From NCBI GenBank assembly GCA_963759805.1, contig CAVXAT010000001.1:96001-160000 (forward strand): a stretch of DNA of 64,000 nucleotides, given 5' to 3'. The DNA comes from an uncultured bacterium (lineage in GTDB: Bacteria > Babelota > Babeliae > Babelales > RVW-14). Below, piece after piece: positions 10,479-21,119 of the stretch (the stretch's first letter is position 1; every line of letters starts with the position of its first letter). A model generated the notes under the pieces. The model did not search any database. It had not been told where the DNA came from and saw only the letters and a program-made list of their open reading frames with translations. A program made the translations under genes and the position numbers.

Positions 10479-11039
10479 CTATTTAGTTTTTGGCTCTTTA
10501 GTTTCTAGTTTTTGTATACATTTTTTAATCCATTTTATTTCAGCTTCAACGCTTAATATTCCATTTTCCAACGCCATCTCCCAATAAATTTTGTGTGGAT
10601 ATTCATTCGGAATTTGTGGTAACACATTTTCTTGAATATTTTTAAATTGTTCTTGCAGTGCTTTGATTTTTTTTTGGTGAAGCAGAAGTTGTTTTATGGT
10701 GTCTTCTTTTGTTGCGTTGGCACCAAAAAAAAGTTTTAAGAGCAGTTCGCTACGATGTGTTTCTCCTGCTGCTGGAAGTGCAAGCCACACAGAGAACTCT
10801 TTTTTCCCTGCTGGCGTTATTTCAAAAACTTGGCGCTCTCGTTTGCCAACAAATTCACTTCGTGATGTAACCAATCCTTGCGTTTGTAAGGTTTTGAGCA
10901 TGGGATAAATTGAAGCGTCGGATTCCTGCCAAAAATGGTTTGTTGATTCAAGCATGAACTGTTTTATTTCATATCCGGATCTAGGCTTTTCAAACAGCAT
11001 GCCCAAGATTGCATATTTAGTTTTATTTATTTTTTTCAT
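10479..11039 (-). CDS. PadR family transcriptional regulator (with Vir_act_alpha_C-type C-terminus)
   Basis: YAILGML...SGYEIKQ...FWQESDASIYPML...ITPAGK...WL; ELLLKLFFG. Confidence 0.92.
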   Translation of the reverse strand: MKKINKTKYAILGMLFEKPRSGYEIKQFMLESTNHFWQESDASIYPMLKTLQTQGLVTSRSEFVGKRERQVFEITPAGKKEFSVWLALPAAGETHRSELLLKLFFGANATKEDTIKQLLLHQKKIKALQEQFKNIQENVLPQIPNEYPHKIYWEMALENGILSVEAEIKWIKKCIQKLETKEPKTK

Positions 11040-11265
11040 GGGCTTAACTTTCTAATAATCTTTAATAAATAAATAATTATTATGTATTGAATATACCCTA
11101 TAATTAGCTATATATCAAGTGGGGTTTAGAGGGGGCTGAATGCGGGGCATAGCTGCTTTCTGAGTACGCCTGGCATCAAAATCCGCTAATATATTGACTT
11201 TACGTTGGGTGCTTTTCTAGAATTACTATTAGTTAAACTATGTTGCGGGGAGAGGGGGGAGCGAT

Positions 11266-12255
11266 ATGTTTAAAAATTTCAAATATCTTTTTGTTCTGTC
11301 TGTTTGGGTATTCTCACTGGAAGCAACAGGCGATCATGAGAGAAACCAGCAAAATGTTCTTAACAAAGATGTTCTTAATAGTGCTGTTTGGGAACAACCT
11401 TCTTTGTCACAAGAGAAGCAGGGGAGAATTATTTTTGTAACAGGTTCGTGCTCTTCGGGTAAGTCATCAATGGCAAAAGTGATAGCGCAAAAACTTAATG
11501 CAAAATCGTTTAATTTTGATGAGTATGTTATGCCGTTGGTTCTTAAAAAATTTGTCGAAAAACATTACGGTAAATTTTTGGCATTTTTTGTTAGCGGATT
11601 GGTGATGCGTAATTTTTTTAAATTTATTGATTTTTTAAGTGAAAAAAGCAAATATAAGTTTCAAAAAAAGTTTTATGACGATTTAAGACAAGGCATTGCC
11701 ATTGAGCCAACCTCAAAAATGTACAGGGAAGCAAAAAGGATTGCATTGCAGGGTCAGGACGTTGTTCTTGAGTCACCTTTGCATCTTTGGGAGGGCGTGG
11801 ACTGTTTAAGTAGCCTTCCTGAGTTGGATGGTGTGGATGTTACTTATGTTTTGGCGTACTGTCCATGGAATGATTTGGTTGATAGAATACAAAAACGTAA
11901 TTTGGCTAAACGGAAAAGAACCCACCGAGAGTTTGACTGGGTTGTGATTAATTTTATGCACTGTTTTGATATCTCTGCCGAATATAAAGGGGAAGACTTC
12001 TTGGAATATATAAATGGCAGTAATGTGCATAAAGTGATTGCAGAGTATTCGCAGCCAAAATACAAAAAAAATCATATGTGTCTTCTGTCTGAAACGCAAC
12101 ATGTTGCCCTGCAAAAGTTTCCTAAAAATATTGGGTACTACGTTTATCCACGTTTTGATTATGATCTTATCGTCAATACGAAGATAAATAATCCGGAACA
12201 GGGCGCGCAAGTTGTTCTTGATTATATTAAGAAAAAAGAGCCTGCTGATTCTTAG
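11266..12255 (+). CDS. P-loop kinase-like protein (chloramphenicol phosphotransferase/AAA-like), signal peptide
   Basis: IIFVTGSCSSGKSS Walker A; YDLIVNT C-terminal motif. Confidence 0.7.
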   Translation: MFKNFKYLFVLSVWVFSLEATGDHERNQQNVLNKDVLNSAVWEQPSLSQEKQGRIIFVTGSCSSGKSSMAKVIAQKLNAKSFNFDEYVMPLVLKKFVEKHYGKFLAFFVSGLVMRNFFKFIDFLSEKSKYKFQKKFYDDLRQGIAIEPTSKMYREAKRIALQGQDVVLESPLHLWEGVDCLSSLPELDGVDVTYVLAYCPWNDLVDRIQKRNLAKRKRTHREFDWVVINFMHCFDISAEYKGEDFLEYINGSNVHKVIAEYSQPKYKKNHMCLLSETQHVALQKFPKNIGYYVYPRFDYDLIVNTKINNPEQGAQVVLDYIKKKEPADS

Positions 12256-12285
12256 AAGTTGGGTTAAGGCTCCCAGAAGTTGGTT

Positions 12286-12993
12286 TTAGGTTAACTCAGT
12301 AGTTGTTTTAAGCGGCTGATTTTTGAGCATCCCGTCTTCAATCTCTATGATGCGATCAGCAAATCCTAATATTCTTGGATCATGCGTAACAACAATGAGT
12401 GTACATTTGTTTTCGGTCTTGATTTTTTGAAGCAGCTCCATAATCTGTTTGCCTCGTTCATGATCCAAAAAGCTTGTGGGTTCATCGCACAGAATAATTT
12501 TGGGGTGATGGATACAAGCGCGAGTAAGCGCGACTCGTTGTTGTTCTCCGCCGGAAATATTACTTGGTTTTTGGTAGACAAGTTTTTCAAGCCCAACAGT
12601 TTGCAAGAATTTTTTAGTCTCTTCCATTGCCTGTGCTCTTGGGATTCCATTGAGCATCAGTGGGATAGCCGCGTTCTCAAGTGCATTAAGAGTTGGAACC
12701 AAATTAAAGTACTGAAACATGAAGCCAATGTTTTGTCCGCGAAATTTTGTTTTTTCCTCTTCAGCAAGGCTGTTGATCGGTTTGCCCAGAACGACACATT
12801 CGCCTGAGCTTTGTTGTAAAATTCCACCAATGATTGAGATAAGTGTTGTTTTTCCCGATCCGGAAGGACCCATCAACATGATGATCTCATTTTCGTGAGC
12901 AACCAAATTAATCCCACGCAGTGGCTGAACCTCTGTCTCCCCTTTGCCAAATGTTTTGGCGATGTTTTTGCACTCTATAGTTATCTGATCCAT
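12286..12993 (-). CDS. ABC transporter ATP-binding subunit (DevA/LolD-like)
   Basis: GPSGSGKTT, ISGGEQQR, ILCDEPT, VVTHD. Confidence 0.93.
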   Translation of the reverse strand: MDQITIECKNIAKTFGKGETEVQPLRGINLVAHENEIIMLMGPSGSGKTTLISIIGGILQQSSGECVVLGKPINSLAEEEKTKFRGQNIGFMFQYFNLVPTLNALENAAIPLMLNGIPRAQAMEETKKFLQTVGLEKLVYQKPSNISGGEQQRVALTRACIHHPKIILCDEPTSFLDHERGKQIMELLQKIKTENKCTLIVVTHDPRILGFADRIIEIEDGMLKNQPLKTTTELT

Positions 12994-13059
12994 TATCTTA
13001 ACACGCTTAATTTAAACACGTTTATTATTTAAAAATATTTACTTATTTAACAACACTTG

Positions 13060-14214
13060 CTATTTAAAAACACTTGCCAACTCAATTTTGAAAATTCTCG
13101 CGATACTTACTAATAATGCAAAAATACAGATACAGATGATAGTAAATCCTGTTCCTAAAAAGAGTCCCCAGGAAAGATGGTATGAAAGTTCGGTTTTTTG
13201 AGTTAAAAATCCGATAAGTGCCGAACATCCGCTACCTATGCTCCAGCCAAGTATTCCCACCCAAAGGGCCTGCAGGAGCGCCATCTGTACCAAAAGCCAT
13301 CGAGGCGCGCCCATTACTAAGAAGAGTGCCAAATATTTTAAATTATCAGAGATAAAATTGTAAAAAATTTGTCCGGCAATGACCGCGCCAACAAGTAAAC
13401 CTAAAAGAACGGCTATGCCAAAATTGATTGGGATACCCGTGTTTCTTAAGTAATAATCCATGGTGATCTCTTCAAACTCTTTTTTTGTGTAAGCTGCAAA
13501 ATGCGTTGTTTGCGATATTTTTTTACAAAGCTCTTTGATGGGAACCGTACCATCAGATTTTACTAAGATAAATGAAAGCAGTTTTCTTTCAAAGGGTGAG
13601 TATTTCAGTGCTTGGTTATAGGTTGTGTATATAACCGGTTGTGCCTGAAAGGTTCGTGTTACATCGCATATGCCTACAACATTGGCTCGTTGATCGTTGA
13701 GCTCTAACTGGTCGCCTACGCGAAGAGGTATTTTGGGTAGCCCCGGTCCTTGGTAACGTGCTAATTTATCCTCAGTCCCTACTTTGTTGACGATTACAGC
13801 ATCCGGTCCAGACAGATCTTCGATTTTTCCTTCAAGCATTGTATGAGGTGCGCCAATGAGTGTGCTGTCATCAATGCCAATGAGAATACATGTTTGGAAC
13901 TGCCCGGTTGTCATTCTTGCGCGAATCAGTCCCTTGAAAAATGGAACTGCCCATTTTACGCCCTGTATGCTACGTACACGAAATAGATCTGTATCACGCA
14001 ATGGCAGGATATCATCAATGTATTTTACATTTGGATCCATGACCCAAATATCGGCTACCGCTGTATCAGTAATTGTGCTGTACGTGCGTTTCATAACGCC
14101 TTTGAAAATTGCAGTTTGCTGCGTTATGATAATGGCTGAGAATGAGAGACTTAGTACCATACCGATGAATTTTGCCGAGTCTTCAATAAGCATTTTTAAT
14201 GCGATTTTATACAT
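13060..14214 (-). CDS. ABC transporter permease (DevC/FtsX-like)
   Basis: N-terminal TM, large periplasmic domain (ADIWV), three C-terminal TMs, in operon with ATPase/MFP/OMF. Confidence 0.85.
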   Translation of the reverse strand: MYKIALKMLIEDSAKFIGMVLSLSFSAIIITQQTAIFKGVMKRTYSTITDTAVADIWVMDPNVKYIDDILPLRDTDLFRVRSIQGVKWAVPFFKGLIRARMTTGQFQTCILIGIDDSTLIGAPHTMLEGKIEDLSGPDAVIVNKVGTEDKLARYQGPGLPKIPLRVGDQLELNDQRANVVGICDVTRTFQAQPVIYTTYNQALKYSPFERKLLSFILVKSDGTVPIKELCKKISQTTHFAAYTKKEFEEITMDYYLRNTGIPINFGIAVLLGLLVGAVIAGQIFYNFISDNLKYLALFLVMGAPRWLLVQMALLQALWVGILGWSIGSGCSALIGFLTQKTELSYHLSWGLFLGTGFTIICICIFALLVSIARIFKIELASVFK

Positions 14215-14217
14215 GAT

Positions 14218-15636
14218 TTACCATCCTCCGCCCAACGCTTTATAAACAGAGACTAATGAGGTACTTACCGATTGTTCTGCATCGGTCAATTCTAATTCTA
14301 TTGCGACACGATTTTTTTCGGCAAATAGGTACTGTGTCTGATTGTCCAAGCCGCTTTGAAAAAGCGAATAAACCAGATCACGTTCTCTTGTTGCTGCGGA
14401 CAATTTTTCTTCAAGAACATGCTTTCGATCTTTTTCATTGAAATAGGAGACTAACCAATTTTCTACATCCCCCAGTGCCGTAACAACGCTTTGTCCATAG
14501 GCTAACAATGCCTGTTTTTCTGCAGATTTTTTTGCTTGCACGTTAAATTTAATACGTCCGAATGTAAGGATTGGCAATCGAATTGAAGGTCCGAATGACC
14601 AGCTCAGGCTGCCGTTGCTAAATAAGTTAGGTACTTTATTTACTTCAGTATTAACGTTTCCTAAGAGCGAAAAACTTGGGAACCAATCTGCTATTGCCTG
14701 GCCAACATACTCCACTGATGCAGCAAGCAAACTTTCTGCTTTTCTGATATCCGGTCTTCTGCGCAAAAGCTCAGATGGTAACCCAATTCCCAACGCTTTG
14801 TTTGATTGTGGGACCGCGTGATTTCCCGGTTGCAAAACAAACTGTTCCGGATTTTCTCCAAGCAGAACAGCTAATCGATTGACTGACTGTTTAAATGATA
14901 TCTGCAAAAGTACCAACTGGCTTTTGGATTCATCCAATGCCGCTAACTGCTCAACGTCAGGAATTTCACTTGCGACTCCGGATTGTAGTCTATCTTTAGT
15001 CAAAAACAGCAGCTTGGTGTCAATATCAATTTGTTGTTGTAAAAGATCAATTCTTTTTTGTAGCGTTCGAATATCGATATAGGTTTTTGCAACATCACCC
15101 AGCAGCATAATATAAACATCGTGCATGCTCTCTATTCCCGCTTGATATTCGTTATAAGCAGCATCGCGTGCCATTGTCTGTTTGCCCCAGAAGTCAAGCT
15201 CCCACACAGCATCAAAACCAAGCTGAAAATAGTCAAAATGTGGGTCTGGTAAATATGAGTCGAGGCTAAGTTTTTGGCTTAGGGTGTTTCCGGAAGCCGA
15301 TGCTGTAGCGTCAACCTCCGGAAATAGTTTGGCATTTTGAATTCTATAAAGAGCTCTCATCTCCTTGATTTTTTCAATGGCGATGCGCATGTCATAGTTG
15401 TTAGCCAGCGCTTTTTCAATAAGTGTGTTTAGATACGGATCTTGGAAAAAAGTCCACCATTTGGCAAGATCTGCTTTATCGCTTGCTTGGCATTGTTGCG
15501 CAAATTTGTCGGGCAATGGGATGTTTGGTCTGTGATATCTATGCCCAACCTTGCAGCCTGAAAAAAACAGTAGTACGGATATTGTGAGTGCGAGCATTGC
15601 GATCGTCTTATTTGATATCGCAAAGTAACTCTTCAT
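14218..15636 (-). CDS. Efflux outer membrane factor lipoprotein (NodT/OprM-like)
   Basis: Lipobox FSGC, WELDFWG, GLPSELLRRRPDI, VYKALGGGW. Confidence 0.92.
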   Translation of the reverse strand: MKSYFAISNKTIAMLALTISVLLFFSGCKVGHRYHRPNIPLPDKFAQQCQASDKADLAKWWTFFQDPYLNTLIEKALANNYDMRIAIEKIKEMRALYRIQNAKLFPEVDATASASGNTLSQKLSLDSYLPDPHFDYFQLGFDAVWELDFWGKQTMARDAAYNEYQAGIESMHDVYIMLLGDVAKTYIDIRTLQKRIDLLQQQIDIDTKLLFLTKDRLQSGVASEIPDVEQLAALDESKSQLVLLQISFKQSVNRLAVLLGENPEQFVLQPGNHAVPQSNKALGIGLPSELLRRRPDIRKAESLLAASVEYVGQAIADWFPSFSLLGNVNTEVNKVPNLFSNGSLSWSFGPSIRLPILTFGRIKFNVQAKKSAEKQALLAYGQSVVTALGDVENWLVSYFNEKDRKHVLEEKLSAATRERDLVYSLFQSGLDNQTQYLFAEKNRVAIELELTDAEQSVSTSLVSVYKALGGGW

Positions 15637-16559
15637 TGCTCGGCCTCGTTCGGCTTGGATTGAATGTACACATCCAATATTTGCCCAACAAAAACTGGGT
15701 ACTGATTTTTTGCAAATTTGTAAACAAGTTGTAAAACGCGGGTATCAACCCGTTCTGTATCAGAGCCGCTCAAAGATACTTTAGGTATGATATACGGCTC
15801 AGAATAAACAAATTCCAGAGGGATAAATATTTTGGAGTTTCCACGTACAAATGCAGTTGCAGGACTGCCTTTGATTATACGCCACGAATCTTCTTCATCA
15901 ACATCAACTCGTAGATGGTATGTGGTGGTATCACCAAATAAAATAAGCGGGTTGGTATTCATAAGTGGTGTGGCATTAAAGGGATTTACGTTCGCATACT
16001 GCCCAACGCGGATATTTACCTGTAAAACTTCTCCGTCAATTGGTGCACGGGTGGTAGAACGGTCAATATTCACTTTAATAACGTTGACAGCATCCTTGGC
16101 CACTTCAAGTCTTTCTTGTGCAAGTTTCATGTTATACAATGCATTCGTGTACGCTTGCTGGCTGACTGCAGATTTATCTTTAAGTTTTTCATAAAAAGAG
16201 AATTGAATTTTTTGATTCTCGTAATCTGTTTGCGCAACCTTTTGTTCATCAATTGCTTTGACAAGCATAGCCTCTAAATTTTGTGTATTTAGTTTAAAAA
16301 GTGGATCATTTTTTTTAACAATTTGTCCGATGACGCAGTATATGTCAGTTATCACTTCATTAAATGCCGGAGCTATTAAGATATTTTTGTAAGCAGATTC
16401 AATTACCCCTTCACCTGCTATGTAGTCTTTGTATGGTGATGTTGGCGGTGGAAAGAAGATATGGTTTATAGGTGGTTTTCGCGAGCTTATATAGATCATG
16501 AAAATGCTAAAACAGATTCCGGCAATGGCAATTAACGGAAGACCAATCTTTCGAAACAT
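15633..16559 (-). CDS. HlyD/DevB-type membrane fusion protein
   Basis: N-terminal anchor, lipoyl half motifs (RAPIDGEVLQVNIRVGQ), ERVDTRVLQ. Confidence 0.88.
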   Translation of the reverse strand: MFRKIGLPLIAIAGICFSIFMIYISSRKPPINHIFFPPPTSPYKDYIAGEGVIESAYKNILIAPAFNEVITDIYCVIGQIVKKNDPLFKLNTQNLEAMLVKAIDEQKVAQTDYENQKIQFSFYEKLKDKSAVSQQAYTNALYNMKLAQERLEVAKDAVNVIKVNIDRSTTRAPIDGEVLQVNIRVGQYANVNPFNATPLMNTNPLILFGDTTTYHLRVDVDEEDSWRIIKGSPATAFVRGNSKIFIPLEFVYSEPYIIPKVSLSGSDTERVDTRVLQLVYKFAKNQYPVFVGQILDVYIQSKPNEAEQ

Positions 16560-16662
16560 AGATCTCCTCTTTTTTCTTAATATGATTGAATTGTTTCTGG
16601 TCGAGGCTACAAAAATGTTTTAGGCTTTTGCAATAAAAAAGTGAATTAAAATATTTTACAGG

Positions 16663-16965
16663 TCAAATACACATGATTTTGTAAGCAATACTTCTTACTT
16701 CTGTTATGTGATCTGAGGTTATCTCATAAAAACCTTCTTGCGAGTACGTTTCAACCAATTCATTATCATGACTAATAATTAATGTGGTAAGTTTAGTTCG
16801 TGTTACAAGTTCACTTACAAAATCCATTACCATATTCGCATTAATTTGTCTTTGTCCTCCTGATAAAAGGTGAGCGGGTTTGTCATAATCGATTTGAAAT
16901 TTCTTTAAAAAGTCAGGCAAGTGCTTGTGTTCTGGAAGATTGTTGAAAAGTGGGTATGAGCTCAT
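16663..16965 (-). pseudogene. Truncated ABC ATPase remnant
   Basis: Has signature LSGGQRQ and H-loop IISHD but no Walker A, and the Walker B/D-loop that should lie between them is missing. Confidence 0.6.
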
Positions 16966-17042
16966 ATTGGCAAATTTCTGCTGAGTTAACTTTTGAAAAC
17001 AAGCAATTTAATATAACTACACTGTTACAACATATATGCATT

Positions 17043-17396
17043 TTAATAACGTTGAATAATACGCACAGTTTTTTCCGTAACCACAACAAAATTATATAAA
17101 AGATTTTGATGATGATTCTCAAGTAGCCATTCCAAAACCTTAATTTTATTGGGGGTTGTTTGATCTGACAAACGCAACAGAACAACTCCCACGTGTTGGT
17201 CCTTTTGTCTAAAAATCATATCTCCAAAATCTTTATCTGCCGTTATTAAGATGCGATTTTCTTGAAATGCTTTTTGAAGAACAATGTCATCCGTTGCGCC
17301 ACGCATATCGTTAAATACAGAAATAACATCATAATTCTCTTGCTTCAACCAGATGGCAACCGCTGGGCCAACACACTCATCGACAATAAACTTCAT
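17043..17396 (-). CDS. DUF5615 PIN-like toxin
   Basis: MKFIVDECV...DDIVL...ENRILITADKDFG. Confidence 0.88.
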   Translation of the reverse strand: MKFIVDECVGPAVAIWLKQENYDVISVFNDMRGATDDIVLQKAFQENRILITADKDFGDMIFRQKDQHVGVVLLRLSDQTTPNKIKVLEWLLENHHQNLLYNFVVVTEKTVRIIQRY

Positions 17397-17400
17397 GTTC

Positions 17401-17646
17401 CTATGCCCTGATGGGACCGGGAACAAATGATGTGTTTTCCAATGTTTGTGCCGCAAAAAGTAAGCAGGCCGTTATATCTTCTTGTGTAATCCCAGGATAA
17501 TCAACAGTAATTTGTTGAGTTGTAATACCCTGAGCCAACAGGCTAAGCATGTGTTGAACGGTCAATCTCGTTCCTTGTATAATAGGTTTGCCAGCCATGA
17601 TTTTTGGATCAATTACGATGCGCTTAGAATTATTTGAAGTAGACAT
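17401..17646 (-). CDS. DUF433 antitoxin-like protein
   Basis: RIVIDPKIMAGKPIIQGTRLTV...DYPGITQEDITACL. Confidence 0.9.
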   Translation of the reverse strand: MSTSNNSKRIVIDPKIMAGKPIIQGTRLTVQHMLSLLAQGITTQQITVDYPGITQEDITACLLFAAQTLENTSFVPGPIRA

Positions 17647-17761
17647 AAAACTCCTTTGCAACTAAAATGTACCAAATACGGATTATTTTGATTTTTAGTA
17701 TAGCATACCATACAACTAATATTTCCATTTTTTTGAAAAATTAAAGACGGACCCTTTTTTT

Positions 17762-18535
17762 ATGAAAAAAAGCTTTAATTTATTACTTATAGCTAGTTAT
17801 TTTTATCTCTTTACAACCTGTTTTTCAATGTCTGAGCAAGCTAGAGTCAAAGGGTTTGTTTACCTTCACGAAGTCGATCCGACCATTCTTATCTCTCCAC
17901 GTTACAGTACGAATGAAAATTTTGTGGGCTGCCCTGTGGCCGGTTACAAAAAACCGGTTATCATGCTAACTAAACAGGCAGCGCAAGCATTGAAACAGGT
18001 TCAGCAAGATGTTAAAAAAGATGGATACGGTCTTGTTGTTTATGATGCCTATCGACCTCAAAAAGCCGTAAACCATTTTATGCGATGGAGCAGAAATACT
18101 TCTGATCAAATCAAAAAATCACAATATTATCCCCGAGTCGATAAGGCTAAGGTGTTTGAACTAGGTTATGTAGCGGAGCGTTCCGGCCATAGCAGGGGTA
18201 GTACGGTAGATCTTACACTTATTAAAATTGAAGATTCTCTTCATGCAATCCAGGAAAGAAAACGAACGTTTCTGGACGGATTTACTATAACACTTTTAGA
18301 TGATGGAACTGTTGATATGGGTTCGTCCTTTGATTTATTTGATACTGCGTCTCATTATGAAAATGATCTTCTAGGGGAACCATTCAAAACATTACGAGCT
18401 TATCTGAAAAATGTTATGGAGAAGCACGGCTTTAAATCATTTGCTCATGCGACAGAATGGTGGCATTTCACATTAAAAAATGAACCTTATTCTTCAAAAG
18501 AAGACAGCAGCTATTTTGATTTTGATGTTGAATAA
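17762..18535 (+). CDS. ddpX: D-alanyl-D-alanine dipeptidase (M15D)
   Basis: VYDAYRPQKAV, SGHSRGSTVDLT, DMGSSFD, EWWHF. Confidence 0.92.
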   Translation: MKKSFNLLLIASYFYLFTTCFSMSEQARVKGFVYLHEVDPTILISPRYSTNENFVGCPVAGYKKPVIMLTKQAAQALKQVQQDVKKDGYGLVVYDAYRPQKAVNHFMRWSRNTSDQIKKSQYYPRVDKAKVFELGYVAERSGHSRGSTVDLTLIKIEDSLHAIQERKRTFLDGFTITLLDDGTVDMGSSFDLFDTASHYENDLLGEPFKTLRAYLKNVMEKHGFKSFAHATEWWHFTLKNEPYSSKEDSSYFDFDVE

Positions 18536-18548
18536 TTATATCAGAAAA

Positions 18549-19589
18549 TTATATCAATTTTATTCGCCATCCCGCATTGATTGTATTTTTAACACGTTCA
18601 AATTCGGATTTAAATTTGGGATCAAGATCAGTAAGTCTGACTAATTTGCGATCAACTTTTTGGTTTCCAAGAGGCTTAACCTCAACCCAAGGATCAATTC
18701 CTCGGAACTTTCCCCTTAAAACCATATCGCAATTGTTACTAGAATTTAATTGATTAGAACTTAATTGAAAAATTTGCTTAACATTTTCAACTTGATTTAA
18801 ATACTGCAAAATCTGCGTATCTCCACAATTTTTTAATTTTTCCCATACAGTTAAATCATCAGAAAAATTAATTTCATCTTTTGTTAAAATTTTAAGATCC
18901 ATGGCTTGTTGCATGGCCTTGGCTGTCAGCGTGTATGCAAGAATTTGGTCCGGTGATGCCCATAGTTTTTCATTGAGATAAAGTGGAATTTTAACAAAAA
19001 GCTTAGCAATCTCTATATCCGTAAAAAACCATTTATTCTCTTCAAATTTTAAACTTCTAAGTAAATTATCCAACTCTTGCTGAGTGATAATCCCATTTAT
19101 AAGAGCTGTTTGAAGATTATAATCTAGTCTATCGAGACAAATATCAGGAAGATTTTGTTCAAGCTGCTTAAAATCACATTCTTTGTGTAATATCGCATTT
19201 ATTGAGATATTATATTTCTCAAGAATCTTATCAATTCCCTGATGCTTCAAAAACCATGCATGCACATCGTCCTGATAACACTCACTCTGAGTGCCTCTAA
19301 ATAAAACATCTCCTACGTGAGAGAAGACGGTATGCGAAACATCATGCAGTAGCCCTGCAATTTGTTCTTCCAGTCCTGCCCCATATTTTATCAATAATGC
19401 CAAGACATTTATGGAATGTTCATAACGAGAGTAATCTTTGTAATCGGAGTCCTTGACAAAATTTGTTACCCCACCCATTGAGATTTTTTTTAGTCGTTGC
19501 ATGGTCGGTGAATTTATTAAATCGATAAATGGCTGGCCAACTTCAAAGTTGCCATATGCGGTATGAATGGTAATTTTATTACTGTCCAT
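18549..19589 (-). CDS. HD-domain phosphohydrolase
   Basis: MQRLKKI, SRYEHS, GLLHDVSHTVFSH, DRLDY. Confidence 0.9.
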   Translation of the reverse strand: MDSNKITIHTAYGNFEVGQPFIDLINSPTMQRLKKISMGGVTNFVKDSDYKDYSRYEHSINVLALLIKYGAGLEEQIAGLLHDVSHTVFSHVGDVLFRGTQSECYQDDVHAWFLKHQGIDKILEKYNISINAILHKECDFKQLEQNLPDICLDRLDYNLQTALINGIITQQELDNLLRSLKFEENKWFFTDIEIAKLFVKIPLYLNEKLWASPDQILAYTLTAKAMQQAMDLKILTKDEINFSDDLTVWEKLKNCGDTQILQYLNQVENVKQIFQLSSNQLNSSNNCDMVLRGKFRGIDPWVEVKPLGNQKVDRKLVRLTDLDPKFKSEFERVKNTINAGWRIKLI

Positions 19590-19791
19590 GATGGGACTTT
19601 CGTTTCTTTATAGAGTGTTTCGTATTTGGGGTATAATATCAAATATTATCTAGCAGGGCTAGGGCTTATTTCCTGTGCAGCCTGAGAAGAAAGTTGTTTA
19701 CGAGCATCTTTTAAGCTTGACGCGCAAAATAAAATATTTATCTTTATAATCATAAAATCAAGAAATATACCAAATATGAAAGAAATAAAAT

Positions 19792-21114
19792 ATGTCATTA
19801 CCTAACGAACCGATACTGACCAATCCCTTATCGGGTTTTATGGAACTGCTGCCGGCCGAGCAGATGGTCTTTAATAAACTCTATGATACCATCCGTCAAT
19901 CATACGAGATGTTTGGTTTTATTCCGATCGATACTCCGGTTCTTGAAAGAGCTGAAGTACTTCTAACCAAAGCGGGAGGGGAGACTGAAAAACAGATTTA
20001 TCAGTTCCAAAAGGGTGATACCAATCTTGCAATGCGCTTTGACTTGACCGTGCCTCTTGCTCGTTACGTTGCTGAGTATTACGGCAAGCTTAATTTTCCA
20101 TTCAGGCGTTATGCAATGGGAAAAGTCTATCGTGGGGAAAGGTCTCAGGCAGGGCGATTTCGTGAGTTTTATCAATGCGACATAGACATAATCGGTGATG
20201 GAGAATTGGACATTCGCTTCGATGCTGAGATTCCAAGCATTATTTACATGATCTTTCGTAAACTTGGATTTGAAAAATTCACAATTCGCATCAACAATCG
20301 TAAAATTTTAAATGGATTTTTTGCCAACTTGGGAATAGCAGATAAAGCCATTCCGGTGATGCAAACTATTGATAGTCTTGAAAAAATTGGTGATGCAGGG
20401 GTACTTGATGAGTTACAAAAACTTAACCTTTCGTCCCAGGCCATAGATCAAATTTTCAAATTTATTAAAATAATGGGATCGTGTGACGATGTTATCTCCG
20501 GACTTAAAAATTTAAGCATTCAAAATTCTCAATTTATTGATGGTGTAAATGAGTTGGGCAAAGTAGCAGAAATCATTAAAGAGTTTGGTGTTCCTGCTAC
20601 CAACTTTGTTCTTGATCTGACAATTGCCCGTGGATTAGGTTATTACACCGGAACGGTTTATGAAACTCGACTTGATGATTATCCTGAAATTGGCTCAGTC
20701 TGCTCAGGGGGGCGATATGATGATCTGGCAAGTCACTACACAAAACAGAAGCTTCCAGGAGTTGGAATTTCAATTGGGCTCACAAGACTATTCGATCAAC
20801 TTTATAAAAAAGGCGTACTGAAAACCGGTTCTTGCACTCCAACCCGTGTGTTAATTTTACCTATGATGGATGATCTTGCTCCAAGTCTTGCGCTTGCAAC
20901 ACAACTCAGAAATAGTGGAATTGCGACAGAAGTTTCTTTCATTGAAGGTAAAATGAAAAAACGCTTGGGCTATGCTGATAAATTAGGTATTCCGTATGCA
21001 ATCTTTATTGGTGAAAATGAGATTGCCAAAGGATTATACACGCTAAAAGATTTGAAGACGGGGGAACAGGTGGAGTTGTCCACGCAGGAGTTAGTGAAAA
21101 AACTTCAGGAATAA
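19792..21114 (+). CDS. hisS: Histidine--tRNA ligase
   Basis: RFDLTVPLAR, YRGERSQAGRFREFYQCD, ARGLGYYTG, GGRYD, C-terminal anticodon-binding domain. Confidence 0.97.
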   Translation: MSLPNEPILTNPLSGFMELLPAEQMVFNKLYDTIRQSYEMFGFIPIDTPVLERAEVLLTKAGGETEKQIYQFQKGDTNLAMRFDLTVPLARYVAEYYGKLNFPFRRYAMGKVYRGERSQAGRFREFYQCDIDIIGDGELDIRFDAEIPSIIYMIFRKLGFEKFTIRINNRKILNGFFANLGIADKAIPVMQTIDSLEKIGDAGVLDELQKLNLSSQAIDQIFKFIKIMGSCDDVISGLKNLSIQNSQFIDGVNELGKVAEIIKEFGVPATNFVLDLTIARGLGYYTGTVYETRLDDYPEIGSVCSGGRYDDLASHYTKQKLPGVGISIGLTRLFDQLYKKGVLKTGSCTPTRVLILPMMDDLAPSLALATQLRNSGIATEVSFIEGKMKKRLGYADKLGIPYAIFIGENEIAKGLYTLKDLKTGEQVELSTQELVKKLQE

Positions 21115-21119
21115 AAGCG

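Noticed and set aside
17762..18535. vanX-type vancomycin resistance locus
   Set aside because: No vanH/vanA/vanRS nearby; stand-alone D,D-dipeptidase.
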